Positions 12,711 through 25,015 are shown, counted from the stretch's first letter. The stretch: 64,000 nucleotides of DNA from Hydrolagus colliei (GCA_035084275.1 CM068746.1:39432001-39496000); one strand, 5' to 3'. Numbers and translations are program-made. Notes: a model not told the origin generated them from the sequence alone.

Positions 12711-13789
12711 GTTAAGGTCACAAGTTCCCCTTGTGGCCTAGTGCGATGCAGATTTCACTTCTTGCACATCCAGGGATCAAACACCTCATTTGAACCGCAC
12801 TGAAGGATCGTCCCATCGTCCAAAGGGAATAGGGTTAATTGCAATCTCTCTGGCCTTGAGGAGTCAGCACTTTTTCTCCCCCCCCCCCCCCCCCACAGAT
12901 TATTATCTGCCACATTAAGGGGGGTGCCACTCACTGTGTCAATCCTCAGGCACAATGCGCTTGTTTTGACCGATATCTGTGAAACAGACTCTCACTAGAG
13001 AGAGGAGGTGTGCTTTATCCGATGCCCTCTTTGTAAGTGCTGAGTGTCAACCCTAACCTCATCTTCAGGTTACAGATTCACCTCCGCAGGGATTTGAGAG
13101 TCTTCTTGTTGCACATCTAACGCAATCTGATATCAGATAATGAAACTGTGAGTGAAAGCCACCGACAGGGACACAGTCACCTGCGCAGGAACGGATCATT
13201 CGAAAGACAATTAAAAGGGAACTTTGAAGAACTCCCTTTCGCTACTCAGCATCTATCGATCGCCCTCCATAAATATATAATAACTGCCACTGCCACTCCT
13301 CACACACAGACACACACAGACACACACACATATACATAGCAGCTGATTAAACGCCATCTCCATTCGATTAGCAGAGCAACTGCTGCCACATTCATGCGAG
13401 GAATTAAAACGACACTCTCTGTTTGAACACGAGGATAACACTATTCTGTGTATTTAACAGATAACGCCTTAAACGTCAAAATGTCTCTAAGGGCCCCACC
13501 ACACGAGGTAAATGCCTGTGCTACAGAAAATGCAAAAGGAGTATTATTTTTTATTATTATATAATTTTTATTGTTACAGTTGAAGGTGCTGGCTCTGTAG
13601 GCCAAGATGGATACGAGTGAGTGAGAGGAGAACATGGAGCAAGGTTACTGGCAGTGACATGATATTGAGCTTGGGAGGGAATTAAAAGATTATAGGATGA
13701 ATGTTAAATTAAATCAAAGTGCTTGATCTAAGGTTACCATAATGTTCCTTACAGTTGATATTATTATTATTAACATTTATTATTATAAA

Positions 13790-14012
13790 ACACCCTCCCA
13801 CGTCCATTCCACTCGACTGGCACCAGTCTCCTGCTCTCTCCTCGCATTCTCCCACCGCCCCCCCCCCCCCCCCCCGCCCCCCCCCGGTTAGAGATTGCGC
13901 CTTCAACCGCTACGCCCCAGAACTCTGGAACACTCTCCCTCAATCCCTCCGCCTTGTCCCCTCCTTCCCCGACATGGAGGGCACTATATAAGTGCAAGTT
14001 GTTGTTGGTGTT
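13790..14012 (+). mobile_element. L2 LINE 3' fragment
   Basis: Peptide AFNRYAPELWNTLPQSLRL followed by GGAGGGCACTATATAAGTGCAAGTTGTTG tail. Confidence 0.8.
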
Positions 14013-14054
14013 GTCGGTTCAGAAATGGCTATTTATGCAGTATTTACCACCCAA

Positions 14055-14468
14055 TAATAAATAATAAAAGTCCTTACATTTGAATTAGCGGCTTTCGTGT
14101 TGGGAGGACATCTTCTTCACAGGACAGGTTCTTCACCGGATAAATTGTTAAGTGTAGTGACTGTTATTGGGTAGGCAAACGTAGCAGCCAATTTGTGCTC
14201 AGCAAACAACCGTGATGAGAAGGACGTATTTTATTGAAGGGACTTTTGACCAGGGTGCCAAGAGTAGCTGCTTTCCCCATTTGCCGTTTAACATTCACCT
14301 AAACAGGACACAGATGGGACCTCAGCTTAACACCTCATCTGAAGGACGGCAGCTCCAAAAACACAGTGCTCCCCAACACGCTGAGACGATGAGGTCCTGG
14401 TCTGAGGTTTGAACCTACAACCTTCCGACTCAGAGGCGAGAGCACTGTCAACTGAGCCAGGCTGATAC
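14055..14468 (-). mobile_element. Family C SINE, near full-length
   Basis: Reverse tail, Deu core CTCATCTGAAGGACGGCA, head ...CTGAGCCAGGCTGATAC. Confidence 0.85.
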
Positions 14469-14869
14469 TCTCCCCCCCACCCCCCCTGTCAACCTCCCCT
14501 TTTCAAGTTGATTTTAAATGTCCTATCGACAGTCAAACGGATAATAAGACATGTTGAGCATGAAACAAAGTAGTTTTGCTCACATTATCACTCAGCTATA
14601 ATAATAAGTCAGTGTGAGGATGATGATGATGATACCACTGAAGAATGACAGTAAGGTAGGACACATTTCTGAAGCTACGGAGATTAAAGATAGCGAGATG
14701 CATGTCGTTATAGGAAGCCTAAGATATATCATTGGCCTGGATGGAACAATGCAATGGAGTCCAAAGCTACTGCTATTGCTGCTGCTGCGCATCAAGAAGT
14801 GAATCTGTATCCAACAGCAACAGGTCCGTCGGTGCCAAAACTGGGCTGTGTTTTTTAAAAGGAACTCAC

Positions 14870-14966
14870 CTGTAATCACTGAATTCCCACAGGACAGAGA
14901 TGGCTTTGATGTCAAGTCTGTACGCTTCACATATGTGACAGTGTCACATTTTGTGGACTTCAATGA
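14870..14966 (-). other. Candidate 97-nt internal exon (unverified)
   Basis: Minus strand ccttcctgacag|TCATTG...ATTACAG|gtgagt; one open frame SLKSTKCDTVTYVKRTDLTSKPSLSCGNSVIT; peptide not recognised. Confidence 0.2.
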
Positions 14967-15194
14967 CTGTCAGGAAGGTGCTTTTTTTAAACAGAAGAAA
15001 AATGTTTCTGACACTTTTGTTTCATACTTTGTGTGCCCGAGTCTGTCTAGTTTGATATCCTTGGCAGCTCAGGGACTATCCATCCACAGGGTCCATCTAC
15101 CCCAGAAGCTTGGGCAACATTTTCTTCTCTAGTGGTCTAGAAACTGCTCATGTCACTGTGGCAACCATTTTCCTGGAGTTTTATAATCGGAATG

Positions 15195-15594
15195 ATATTA
15201 ATTGTTACCTTTGATATAGTGGCTTTTGTCGAGTCTTCCAGACATCTCAAAGTGAATCGATTGTATATTTTGTGGGTGAAATGGCCCATTGCACACAGCA
15301 GTGAACAACAGTCGGGGAACGTGTAACCAAATTATTTGCTTTTCCTTAAATTTGAAGAAATTATTTCCCCCAGAAACGGGATGGGCCAATTGACTAACAA
15401 CAACAACAACTTCAATTTATACAGCTCCCTCCACACCGGACAGCGTCTCAGAGCGCTTAACAATTGGGTTCCTGCTTACTGCAAGGCAAACAGGAGTGTG
15501 GAGTAACGAAACACGCCTCACGTTTCACCCCACCCGGGATTCGAACCCTCTCATTTGCGAGGCGAGTGCTCTAACCATTGTGCTACAGGACTCC
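15195..15594 (-). mobile_element. Family A SINE with a nested L2 tail (TSD TAACAA 15395-15400 / 15458-15463)
   Basis: Head ends GCTACAGGACTCC at 15594; inserted (CAA)n...CAGCGTCTCAGAGCGC. Confidence 0.85.
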
Positions 15595-16566
15595 ACTCAT
15601 AACCGAGCCCCAAAACACTGCAATATGACTAACTCCAGGACGCCAAGGTCAATGTGTGGCATTGGTTTCCATGGTGATACAGGACGCAATCCCAACTAAT
15701 CCATCCGAGTTTCACTGTACAATTCCTTCCTCAGACCAATACTCCAATAGTGTGAATTAATCCAATGGCTAAATTGCTGTGTGCCCCTCGTAAACAACAT
15801 GGATGCTAGAATAATCATAATCATAATCATAATAATAATAGACGATGGACTATTTCTGTGTGCAAATTCGCTGCTGCATTCGCTAACAAAATACACAGTC
15901 ACTAAATATTACATAAATTGATAATCATAGTCCTTGCATTTGATATAGCACCTTATCACATGTTTGAGACGTCCCAGAGAACTTCACTGAAAAGTGAAAA
16001 GTCTGTCTTTTTCTGGGCAAATATAATCTTCCCACCAATAGATCCTTCTTGGTCTTTCAGCAATCCTTAACCTCAAGTCCTAGCTGATCACTCATCAGTG
16101 TCTTCTAAATTATTTGTTCATCTTGACAAAAAAGCCGTGCTTGTCAGCTCCCTGGCTCCTCTCTCTGTTTCTCTCTCTCTCTCTCTCGTCCTGTGTCTCT
16201 GTCACTATCAGTGTGTGGAATCTCTGGTGGTTCTCAGTTAATTGAGATTAGGGTTGTCTCAAAAAGGCGTGCCCTGAGGGCATTGGCCGCTCATCACAAA
16301 ACCAACGCATTCCACAGATAATCCAGCCCCAAAAATTTGCCCTTCAGCTTCTAGGATTTTGTTTTGTACCCAAACTTGCACCGACAGCAACAGAAAGTTG
16401 GCAGAAAATCATAGCGTGATTTGATCGCTCGTTCTGCGGAGCCTTGACACAGTCTTGACACAGGATCGGCATTGAACTGATTCCAGTTCAACACCCGGAC
16501 CTGACATATCGGCAGAAGCTGTTGAAGGTAATGATCTCCCGACACCCTTTGGGATTGCACTCTACA

Positions 16567-16879
16567 GGCTCAGTGGTCAGAGCACTTGTCTTGCAAGCTG
16601 GGGAGACCAAGTTGGCGAGACCTGTGTTCGAATCCAGGCAGGTCAGGGCGAAACCTTGGGCAGGATTCCTTACTCCACACCTAATAATAATCCGTCCAAA
16701 AAAAACCACAATAATAAAATTGGTCATTTCAATCCACGACTGTGTGTGGGACACTGATGTGCGCAATTGGCTGCCGCGATTCGCCCACAAATATATACAG
16801 TCAATTCACTTTACAGTATATTCTGTGAAGTGCATTGGGACGTCGATAAGATGTGAAAAGCGCTACATCAAATGCAAGG

Positions 16880-16914
<35 letters not shown>
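16567..16914 (+). mobile_element. Young family B SINE with a 14-nt head duplication
   Basis: tRNA head, shortened centre (ACTCCACACCTAATAATAATCC), long (TTA)n tail. Confidence 0.9.
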
Positions 16915-16915
<1 letters not shown>

Positions 16916-17595
16916 CACTGGCTAGACACTGCTTTTGGGACTACCAGACTGAACATTTGATAATACTGGACTTTACACTGCTCTTCTCATTGAGATGACG
17001 TGGCTGAGCCAGTGTGAACTATCTGACCCATTCAAATTCAATTACTCTTAGATGAGACCCTCGAATAATATTTGACATGTTTCCAAAACAGGCGCTAGTT
17101 CTCAAGGAGTTAAGTGTTTGATGTGGGAATTCAAGATCAATGGAAGATAATGTTTCCATATGCCTGGCCGTTCTTCAATGCATGTCTCCCAGCTTCTGGA
17201 TGAGATCCCATTGACAGGCTGATACAATCTTCACGACCAAGACATGACCTCTTCTATTGTTTCGTGGGTTCACTGAAAGCTGAGATTGGCAGGGATATAC
17301 TTTACGCTTCACACGTCAATGCCTGTAATCTGGAATCAGAATCAGTCTGATAATTAACACACTTAGCACAGTTTCTTCCATGCTCTTTTGGCAAAGATTC
17401 TGTTGCGATCCCGAAACAGGTGATAAAGAGGAAGATTGACAGCCTTTAACAACCTGGAATACATTAATCTAATGAGCTACGCATTACAAAAGCGCATTCA
17501 CACACACACATACACACAGATAGAAGTCTCACACACTGCATTAAAATTGTTTTTGTGTCAAATTCATCCACCTTGCATTTGTATAGTCCTATGCT

Positions 17596-17925
17596 GAGTC
17601 CTGCAGCATAATGGTTAGAGCACTCGCCTCACAAGCGAGAGTACCTGGGTTCAGTTCCCGGGAAAAACAAAACCTTAAGCAAGTTTCCTTACTACACATG
17701 GCTCTCTTTACCAACCTAAGTAGGAACCCGATTGTAAGTCGATTTGCACATCGCTTTCTAGGGGTAATACTCACTTGAAGAAATTTATTTTATCATTCAA
17801 TCCACGACTGTTTGTGGGACAATTGGTTTTGCCCACAAAATACAGTCAATTGACTCTAAAGTATATCCTGCGTAGCATTTTTAGATAGCTCGAAGACAAG
17901 TTAGCTATATTGCAATTATTATTAT
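17596..17925 (+). mobile_element. Family A SINE, full-length
   Basis: GAGTCCTGCAGCATAATGGTTAGAGCACTCGCC head through tail. Confidence 0.85.
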
Positions 17926-18419
17926 AGAACTCCCTTTATGTAAATTAATGTCTTGGATTGATGAAATAAAAGAGTATCTTTTTAAACTTTGATTCAAAAT
18001 TGCACTCTAACTTTTCCTGTTACAGCAGTAAGTGCCTCTCAACAAAGGGTCCAAGCTCCGAATTGTGGAGGTAATGTGGTTACCATGCCAATATCTTGTT
18101 CCCAAAGTATACCTCTCATCTACAATTGTCGGTCTTTATACTTCGCTGTGACATGCCAGTCGTGAGTCTTCATAAAAGCCTCTAATATACCATTACCTCA
18201 GATATAACAAAGGCAGGCAACAGATTTAGATGACATTGTTATACATCAGCGTTTCTGAGGTTGAAATACTGCGACTATTACAGGAACACAAAAGCAAGCC
18301 ATAGAAACTTCATTAGATAACAAGACTGATCCATGGGGTACAATGACCTACTAAAACACTGCTAATTGCTCTGAGATGCTGCCCTGTTGTTGTTGTTGTT
18401 GTTGTTGTTCAAAAGCATT

Positions 18420-18890
18420 GGTGTTAACCTGACTCATTCGGTCACTCTTCTGAGTGAGTGGGTTGTGGGTTTAAAGTTTCATGGTTGGGACTTTGAACTC
18501 ACACAGACTATAGTGATACATCCTTCAGACAAAATATTAAACCAAGTGGCTGTTTCATCTGGCTGTTCAGGTGGATGTTAAAGATCCCATGGCACTATCC
18601 GAAATAGATTCATAGATTCATAGAATTTTACGGCACAAAAGGAGGCCATTCGGCCCATCTAGTCTGTGCCGGCTCTTTGAAAAGAGCGATTCAATCCCAC
18701 TGCCCTGCCCGCTCCCCATAGCCTAATAGACCTGTTCTCCCTAAATAAAGATCTAATTCCCTAGATCTAATGAGAAGGCTTATTCTCACTATATCCTTGG
18801 CCAACAATCCATAGATAAATCAGTTATTCACTTCATGGCTGTTTGTGGTATACTTACAAAACAAGTGTTTTAATACACAAGCCAAAATAG
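18420..18890 (+). mobile_element. Family C SINE interrupted by an antisense CR1
   Basis: Deu core ...GATCCCATGGCACTATCCGAAA resumes as GAGAAGG...GGCCAACAATCC after the CR1. Confidence 0.75.
18604..18770 (-). mobile_element. CR1 LINE 3' end
   Basis: Reverse octamer-type repeats (ATAGATTC)2 and CR1 hairpin; same subfamily and nearly the same length as 4918-5076. Confidence 0.85.
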
Positions 18891-18899
18891 TGCTTATAA

Positions 18900-19095
18900 A
18901 AATATAATTACATTTGATGTAATGCTTTTCACTCCTTCTAGACATCTCAAAGCGCTTCACAGAATATACTGTAAAGTGAATTGACTGCACATATGCGGGC
19001 GAAACGCGGCAGCCAATTGCACACAGCAGTGTCCCACAAGAGTCGTGGATTGAAATGACCAACTTGTTAAACAAAATTTTGAGGGATTATCATCT
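18900..19095 (-). mobile_element. Family B SINE 3' half
   Basis: Reverse shared 3' module with GGATTGAAATGACC. Confidence 0.8.
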
Positions 19096-19182
19096 AACTC
19101 TGGGATGTTTTAGGTGTAATTTGCCAAATCAAGGCCATGAGATCCCAGAGTCTGTAATGGGGTATTGATTGGCACTAGTTGA

Positions 19183-19293
19183 AACATAAGAGCAGAAGAA
19201 ATTCCTGGGCCAAAGAAGGCGAAGGTCCATCCAGTTTGCCTTCCACCATCTTGGCAGTCACGTAACATCCCAAACTATATATCGTATCCCGAG
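19183..19293 (-). mobile_element. CR1 3' UTR fragment (second CR1 subfamily)
   Basis: AACATAAG...GGTCCATCCAGTTTGCCTTCCACCATC; matches 29510-29733 and 59334-59472. Confidence 0.7.
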
Positions 19294-19374
19294 TTTAGAA
19301 ACCACGGAGTTTCCCATTGCGAACACTATTAACAAGTTGGAAAAATTCCTGCTCACAGTCATTGGCTGAGTTGA

Positions 19375-19715
19375 GGCTGAACTCATAGTCTATTCTGACT
19401 CTCTGGTTTGCTCCATTATTGGAGGTGCAGTCTTTCGTATGAGACGATAACCCATGATCCCATCTATCTGCTAAGGTGGACCTTAAAGATACTGTGGGAT
19501 GATTTGAAAAGGGAAGGAATTTTTTCCTGGTATCCTGATGTCAGATAAAATTAGTCATTCGCTTCACAGCTGTGCGTGGAGCCTTACTATGTACAAATTG
19601 GCTGCCACATTCACCTACAAAATACATTGTACTGGACATGAAGTTCGGTGAAACGCTTTCAGTCATCTCAACGCCGTGATAAGGCGCCATGCTAAATGCG
19701 AGTTCTGTATTATTA
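19375..19715 (+). mobile_element. Family C SINE
   Basis: Deu core GGAGGTGCAGTCTTTCGTATGAGACG plus tail. Confidence 0.7.
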
Positions 19716-20271
19716 AGTTTCGCTTTGATTCTGATTTACATTGAGTTAATATTGAGAGACAGTGTCTGCATATTGTTCTTTGCCAGGTTTTTTCTCACTG
19801 TGTGTGTGTAGTGCATCACATTCGCCAATCTGTGCGTACACTGTGCCATCACAGCAAGTCTTGTTGCCAACATAGCCCACCCACCATCACGTCTAATTTC
19901 TGGCTTGATCGCGTTTACCAGTTGCAAGTTGAGCATTTTTTTTTCTTGCTCAAATGCAAACGAATCATTCTTAAAGAGGAAACAAATATCCTACATTTTG
20001 TTAAAGAATTCAGATTTGGATTTAATCAATGATCGTAATGTAATATTGCCCATGCTTTTGATATAACGTTAAAACCTTAACATTCAACACGCCTGAAAAA
20101 AATGACCATTTGTGGGACACTGCTGTGCGCAATTGGCTGCAGCATTATGCCCACAAAATGTACAGTCGATTCACTTTACAGTATAGTCTGTGAAAAGCGC
20201 TATAATCAATGCAAGGATGATTATTATTCATATTAAAATGTCTCAGCCTCCTTATGGTTCCATGAAATGTC

Positions 20272-20740
20272 AGCATTTGGCTAAATTGATAGTCTTTTGA
20301 GTTAGAAGATTGTGGTTTCAAGCCCCATTAAGTCTAGACTGATGCTTCAGTGCAGTGGTGGTGTTCTACCACATTGTTGCTAGCGCCATCCTTGAGATGA
20401 GGCATTAAAAAAAGTCCTCGTCTGATTTTTCTGGTTAGACATTAAAGATCCTGTCACCTTACTTGAAAAGAGAAAGGAGTTTCTCCCAATATACTGGGCA
20501 ACAATCCCCTAGAGAAAATCGGTCATTCACCTATTGTTACCACTGTCAAATTAGCACTGGCCTACAAAAACACACAGTCACTCCACTTTGCAGTATATCT
20601 GGTGAAGCACTTTGTGAGATTGCAACTATGCGATGAGGTGCTTACACAGTTAATTCACTTTACAGTATTTTCTGTTGAAGCGCTTTGAGACATTTCAACG
20701 ACGTGATAAGGTGCTTTATCAAATGTAAGGATTACTATAT
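20272..20740 (+). mobile_element. Family C SINE followed by a second SINE tail
   Basis: Head GTCAGCATTTGGCT..., Deu core, two successive tails. Confidence 0.7.
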
Positions 20741-21214
20741 CATATGGAAGGATTATTCTTAAGCATATATTCCTTTCTAACTTCATGAATATTAAGCGAG
20801 TGGGGGGGTGGATAGGAGGAGAAATCGCTTTTGAGAAATACATTTAAACATCAAAGACAATTCAACATGCTAAAACGATGAGAATAAAAGACTTAAGTGA
20901 TCCGAGCACTCCCGTTATAACAATGACTGCGGAGAAAAAGCTCAACCCATCAAAAAAAATGAAACGCATTGAAATGCTGCCGTAAAGATAAAAGTACATG
21001 CTGCGTCCTGACCCGTAGCAGGGCTGGGATCTTGCTGTGTCTTCTCACTAAGAGGGCGATTCCATAATGATACCCTATATGTTTAGTTTTAAATCTGAGA
21101 CCAAAGCAGGGATGTACTATTTGCTCTCATTTGTACATACAAACTTCGGAGCTCTTTGTAAAAACTGTGAACGTGCTGAAATTTCCTTGCACACTGCACG
21201 TTTGTTCTTGGTCA

Positions 21215-21343
21215 GCCTGCGAGGTAAACATAGCCGTGTGAAGAAAGGAAATTTCCCCCAAAGTTTTGCCGTGTCCGTGAATAGAGAGCCCAGGTCCTCT
21301 CGCTTGCGAGGTGAGTGCTCTAACCACTGAGCTACCGGACTCC
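21215..21343 (-). mobile_element. Family A SINE 5' half
   Basis: Reverse head TCTAACCACTGAGCTACCGGACTCC. Confidence 0.75.
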
Positions 21344-21714
21344 ACAGCTCAAGAGATGAGTTGCACGAGCGTTAAACCGAGGAGCTTGCCAGTCATGTTC
21401 TCCGCTTACGTGCGCACATAGTGAAGAGAAGGTGAGATTTATTGTAGCAGACTTCCAGCCAGGCGAAGGGAGATCCTATTAATCTTAAAGACAAATGCAC
21501 CAGCAGCAATGCTAGAAACCCTGCCAGCCAACTCCAGGAGCTAGAAGTGTTACATGTCAGAAACGCCAACAGGGTTCCATGTCCCATTAATTTCAATGGC
21601 ATCAGAGCAGCATTAATACTAATAATTAATCATAATAATAAAGCTTGCGTTTGATACAGTCCCACTCACTGCCAAGTGGCCGTCTCAAAGGATATATTGT
21701 AAAATGTAATGATT

Positions 21715-22035
21715 TAAATCCCTCCACGGTCTTGCTCCTACCTAGCTCTGGGAACCTTCTAAAACCCTACTAAAACACCCGCTCCTTTTGATTAGAGGGT
21801 ATTGGCCTGCTCCACGTCACCCACCCCTACCTCCTCCAACACGTGGGGTGTTTAGCCATTCAGCTCCCACCCTCTGGAACTCCATCCTGCAGTCCCTTCA
21901 CCTCACCCATCCCTTGCCTCCTTCAAGACCTACCTCAAGGCCCTCCTCTTCAATCAACCTTTTTCCCCCCTGCTCTCCAACCTCCATAATCCCTATCCCT
22001 AGGGTCCGGAACACTGTCTGTCCGGCACTTTAACA
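21715..22035 (+). mobile_element. L2 LINE 3' fragment
   Basis: KSLHGLA...VFSHSAPTLWNSILQSL-like peptide. Confidence 0.75.
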
Positions 22036-22930
22036 TTGCCCCCCCCCCACCCCCCCACCACCACCACTAATAACATTGGCCATTCACTCCATGGTTTTTT
22101 GTGGGGCATTGGTGTACTGCAAGTGGACTGATGCATTTGCCTCCCCAAACAAACACAATGTGGGTAATGATTTGAGACATTCTCAATGTTAGAAATACAG
22201 TGTTGCACCAAATGCAAAAACTATTATGAATAATAATAATAATCTTTGCATTTGATATAGCGCCTTACCATGTCTTCGAAGTGTCTCAAAGCAATTCACA
22301 GAATATACTGTAAAGTGAATTGAGTGTATATAATGATCATTATTATTATTATCATAATTATTATTACTTTATGTCCTGGGTTATTGATGGAATATGAGCT
22401 GTTGTTTTGAAATTGGGATAAGCCAAATACAGCTTTATTGGGTTTTTTCCACCTGCCCTTGCATAGTCCTGTGAATAAACAAATAATTTATTATCCATTA
22501 TGGATGGATCTCGCCTGTCTCTGGTTGCCATACAAGCCAATCTACATATGGTTATGACCAGACCATTAATCTAGACTTTGACATCTATGGTGTTTGCGGC
22601 AGCATAATGATTTGGAAACTCTCTAAAGATGCAGGAGGCTTGTTTTTTTCACATTCAATTATGATTACTGCTTGAATCATCTTTTATTTGTAATTTCAGA
22701 TTTTAATAAGGTGTGAATGAGCTTTGTGTCCCAGGAGAGAGCAGTATGAAGAGTTTGTATTTTTTCGCTCTGTTTTTTTTCGTTGCCTCAATAGGAAAGC
22801 TGCCATCTCTGCCAAGCAGACAACTGAATAGCTGGATATAGATCTCAATTAATATGCAGTGGGAAATGCATGAACAATGATTAACGCCCGTTTGCTGCAA
22901 TGGCATTTTAAAGGGACAGAAATTGCCACA

Positions 22931-23135
22931 GAGTCTTGTAGCTCAGTGGTTAGAGCACTTGCCTTGCAAGCTGTTTGTAGGACACTGCTGTGCACAATTG
23001 GCTGCCATGTTTCACCTGCAAAATACACAGTCTATTCACTTTACAGTATGTTCTGTGAAGTGCCTTGAGACATTTCGAAGACATGATAAGGCTCTATAGC
23101 AAATTTAAGGATTATTATTATTTTTATTATTATTC
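22931..23135 (+). mobile_element. Internally deleted family A/B SINE
   Basis: Head GAGTCTTGTAGCTCAGTGG..TTGCAAG joined directly to CTGTTTGTAGGACAC of the 3' module. Confidence 0.8.
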
Positions 23136-23399
23136 TTGTGTGCGGAAGTGACAATAATTCATCATTGTTTCTCTTTTAGGGAGGAAGTAACTCACCAACA
23201 CAGTCATTTATTATGCCATGTGACTAATGTGTTGGTAGGTAATGAATTGATAATATTTAGGCCAAAATTTGGGTTAAAAATTTCTCTGTGAAATAGGACA
23301 CTTTTAGGAAGCAATTTTATACGAGTCAAAGCAAGAAGTTATACATCCGTGAAATGGTAAACAAAATTCCCCTCTCAGCAAGCACAAGTAAATGTAAAA

Positions 23400-23970
23400 T
23401 CCATGTCCCTCTACTCAGCTCCAATACTCTTCTCTCTGGGACAAAAGGTTGTGGGTTTAAACCCCTCATCTGGACCTGACATACCAATACATTGCTGGAA
23501 GGAGAAACAACAACAACTTGCCTTCATATAGCACCCCTCACACAGGATAGAGTCCCAAAGCGCTTAAAATGGATGAGGGAAAATGGAAGGGCATAGGCAA
23601 CAGATATTGGGTTGAAGATTAAGTAGGTTGGTTGGGGAGGTGCCAGGGCATGAAGGGATTTGAAGGCGAGTGTGAGGATCTTGAATTCGATCCGTTCAAT
23701 CGCTGCATTGACTTGACGACCATCGTTCGATACGAGATGTTGAAATGAGGTCCAGTCTGCCTGTTTAGATGGATGTTAAAGATCCTTGCAAAGGGAGGGG
23801 TGTTTCTCCTGGTGTCCTGCCCAAGAATCCCCCAGATACAAATTGGTCACTAATGTTATGGCTGTTTGGTTCTGTACATTTGCTGGCGAGTTAGCCTTGA
23901 AGATACAATAGTTGCACTTGACAGCAATTACATAACTGTGAACGGCTTTGCGATGTATCAACATGATAGG
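23400..23970 (+). mobile_element. Family C SINE with a nested antisense L2 fragment (~23505-23700)
   Basis: Head GGTTGTGGGTTTAAACCCC, L2 tail and RIEFKIL segment, then Deu core. Confidence 0.7.
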
Positions 23971-24199
23971 GGAACAACCAAATGGATTATGTTTGTTGTT
24001 ATATTAAAACCGACTATCACCAATTATATAATAATAACAATAATAATAATAATAGGTACAGCAGCAAGTCATCCTCTGTGACATTTCTATTCTCCTCACA
24101 GAGGTAATTACACCTTGCAGTCCCACTGGCTGTTCAATAATATTGATTACCTCACATGGCAATGATGTTCTCAGATAGCTTCAACTTAGGTATTGAGCT

Positions 24200-24345
24200 T
24201 AAAGGCTTACTTTGCATTGACCGCACTTTCTTAGTCGCAGAGAGCTGCACATCTAGGCTTTCACTTGCTTGGCATCTCCTTCTCAACATCCGCCACGTCC
24301 TCTCTCCCCCAGGGCTGCCGAGACCCTCATCCATGCCTTCATCAA
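24200..24345 (+). mobile_element. L2 ORF2 internal fragment
   Basis: Peptides HLLLNIR / PLSPRAAETLIHAFI (L2 ...AETLIHAFISSRLDY motif). Confidence 0.75.
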
Positions 24346-24347
24346 AG

Positions 24348-25015
24348 TGTACCGTAGAGTAGTGGTTAGTTTGCTAATAGTTAGTAAGCAAGAGGACCCA
24401 GGTTCAATGCCCAGTGAAGCGAATCATAAGGCAAGTTTCCTTACCCCACATTACCTCTGTTTATCTGGGAGTATGTAGTCAATTGTTAGTCAATTGCCGG
24501 ATGGCTTTCTGGACATAATTATCCATTCCCAACCAGCTCCCCAAAATAATAATAAGTTGGTCACTCAATCCATGATTATTTATGGGATATTGCTGTGTGC
24601 AATTGGCTATTGTGTTTCGTCCAAAAATATACAGTCACTTCACTCTACAATATATTGTATGAAGCACTTTGACACATCTTAAATATAAAGCTAAGGCTTT
24701 ATATCAAATGCAAGGAATCCTGTAGCTCAGTGGTTAGTGGTCACTCGCCTTACAAGTGAGAGACCTGGGTTCAAATCCAGGCAGGGTGAGACCTTGGGCA
24801 AGTTTCTTTACTCCTCATACCTAATAATACCTAAAAAAAAATAATTGGGCATTTCAATCTACGACTGTTTGTGGGACACTGCTGTGTGCAATTAGCTGTC
24901 GCGTTTCACCCACAAATACACAGTCAATTTACGTTATACTATACTGTATTCTGTAAAGTGCTTTGAGATGTCTAGAAGATGTGAAAAGTGTTATATTAAA
25001 AGCAAGGATTATTAT
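24348..25015 (+). mobile_element. Tandem SINEs: family A (24348-24715) with family B (24714-25015) inserted at its tail
   Basis: First tail ...ATCAAATGCAAGGA runs straight into head ATCCTGTAGCTCAGTGG. Confidence 0.85.

Noticed and set aside
18008-18035. Acceptor/donor overlap TTTTCCTGTTACAGCAGTAAGT
   Set aside because: It does not give a canonical AG|GT junction or a plausible exon length
23190-23240. pre-miRNA-like hairpin ACCAACACAGTCA...TGACTAATGTGTTGGT
   Set aside because: The stem is too short and bulged, and no known mature sequence is recognised
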